From: Candidatus Falkowbacteria bacterium
Lineage (GTDB): Bacteria; Patescibacteriota; Patescibacteriia; UBA11705; JACRDX01
NCBI GenBank assembly: GCA_043798985.1
Contig: JAZDOE010000023.1
Span: forward strand, 3,626-67,625
Direction of reading: 5' to 3'
Length of the DNA stretch: 64,000 bases
The position numbers were made by a program, and so were the translations under genes. Positions 63,971 to 64,000 of the stretch are shown here, piece by piece (within the stretch, counting starts at the first letter, position 1; every line of letters begins with the position of its first letter). A model generated the notes under the pieces. That model saw nothing but the letters and a program-made list of their open reading frames with translations, made no database searches and was not told where the DNA came from.

Positions 63971-64000
63971 ATTGCCACCCGTGCATTTACTGATCGCTTC

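Noticed and set aside
1-64000. tRNA, rRNA and tmRNA genes
   Set aside because: By-eye inspection of all intergenic regions >60 nt found no T-loop (GGTTCGAAT-like) plus acceptor-stem structure and no rRNA-like conserved blocks. This cannot replace tRNAscan-SE/Infernal, so absence is provisional.

Overview
This window is AT-rich and densely packed with housekeeping genes, almost all on the minus strand. The composition is consistent with a reduced-genome bacterium, possibly Candidate Phyla Radiation/Patescibacteria; this is an inference from the sequence content, not a search result. Supporting points are a form II/III-type RuBisCO, archaeal-type UMP kinase and ProRS, an rpoA lacking the alpha-CTD, a short alaS, a 2931-aa Gly/Thr/Ser-rich surface protein, and gene starts sitting right behind AT-rich promoter-like tracts.

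Core genes called: fmt-def-priA, clpB (with a CIRCE-like operator), gltX, an M23 peptidase, xerC/D-like recombinase, ftsQ, a PAP2 phosphatase, RuBisCO, DUF1653, mazG, serS, greA, mrdA-mreDCB, proS, a UvrD-nuclease fusion, tgt (frameshifted), ftsL-rsmH-mraZ, tsaB, rplL-rplJ, pyrH, a GT4 glycosyltransferase plus flippase, the rpsI-rplM-rplQ-rpoA-rpsD-rpsK-rpsM-rpmJ-infA block, mutL-mutS, alaS and a dacA-like carboxypeptidase.

The accessory content is the most notable part:
- A single-copy HUH tyrosine transposase of the REP-associated type (RAYT) at 59573-60112, flanked by 28-nt perfect palindromes GTAGAGACG-N10-CGTCTCTAC. These look like REPs: conserved 5' GTAG, covarying centres.
- Copies of the same palindrome family dispersed at 9764, 22829, 40522, 40608, 58804, 59536 and 60186.
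- Two strikingly GC-rich small membrane-protein gene cassettes (39631-40392 and 58920-59408). Each has a consensus sigma70 promoter and GGAGG Shine-Dalgarno site (atypical for this genome) and sits directly beside REPs. One interrupts the division (dcw) cluster next to a frameshifted tgt; the other lies beside the RAYT.
- A separate ~125-bp hairpin-forming MITE-like repeat in two copies (22955-23078 and 47709-47833), a duplicated GC-rich terminator hairpin, and a duplicated gene-end fragment of the DUF1653 gene.

No rRNA, tRNA or CRISPR array was recognisable by eye.
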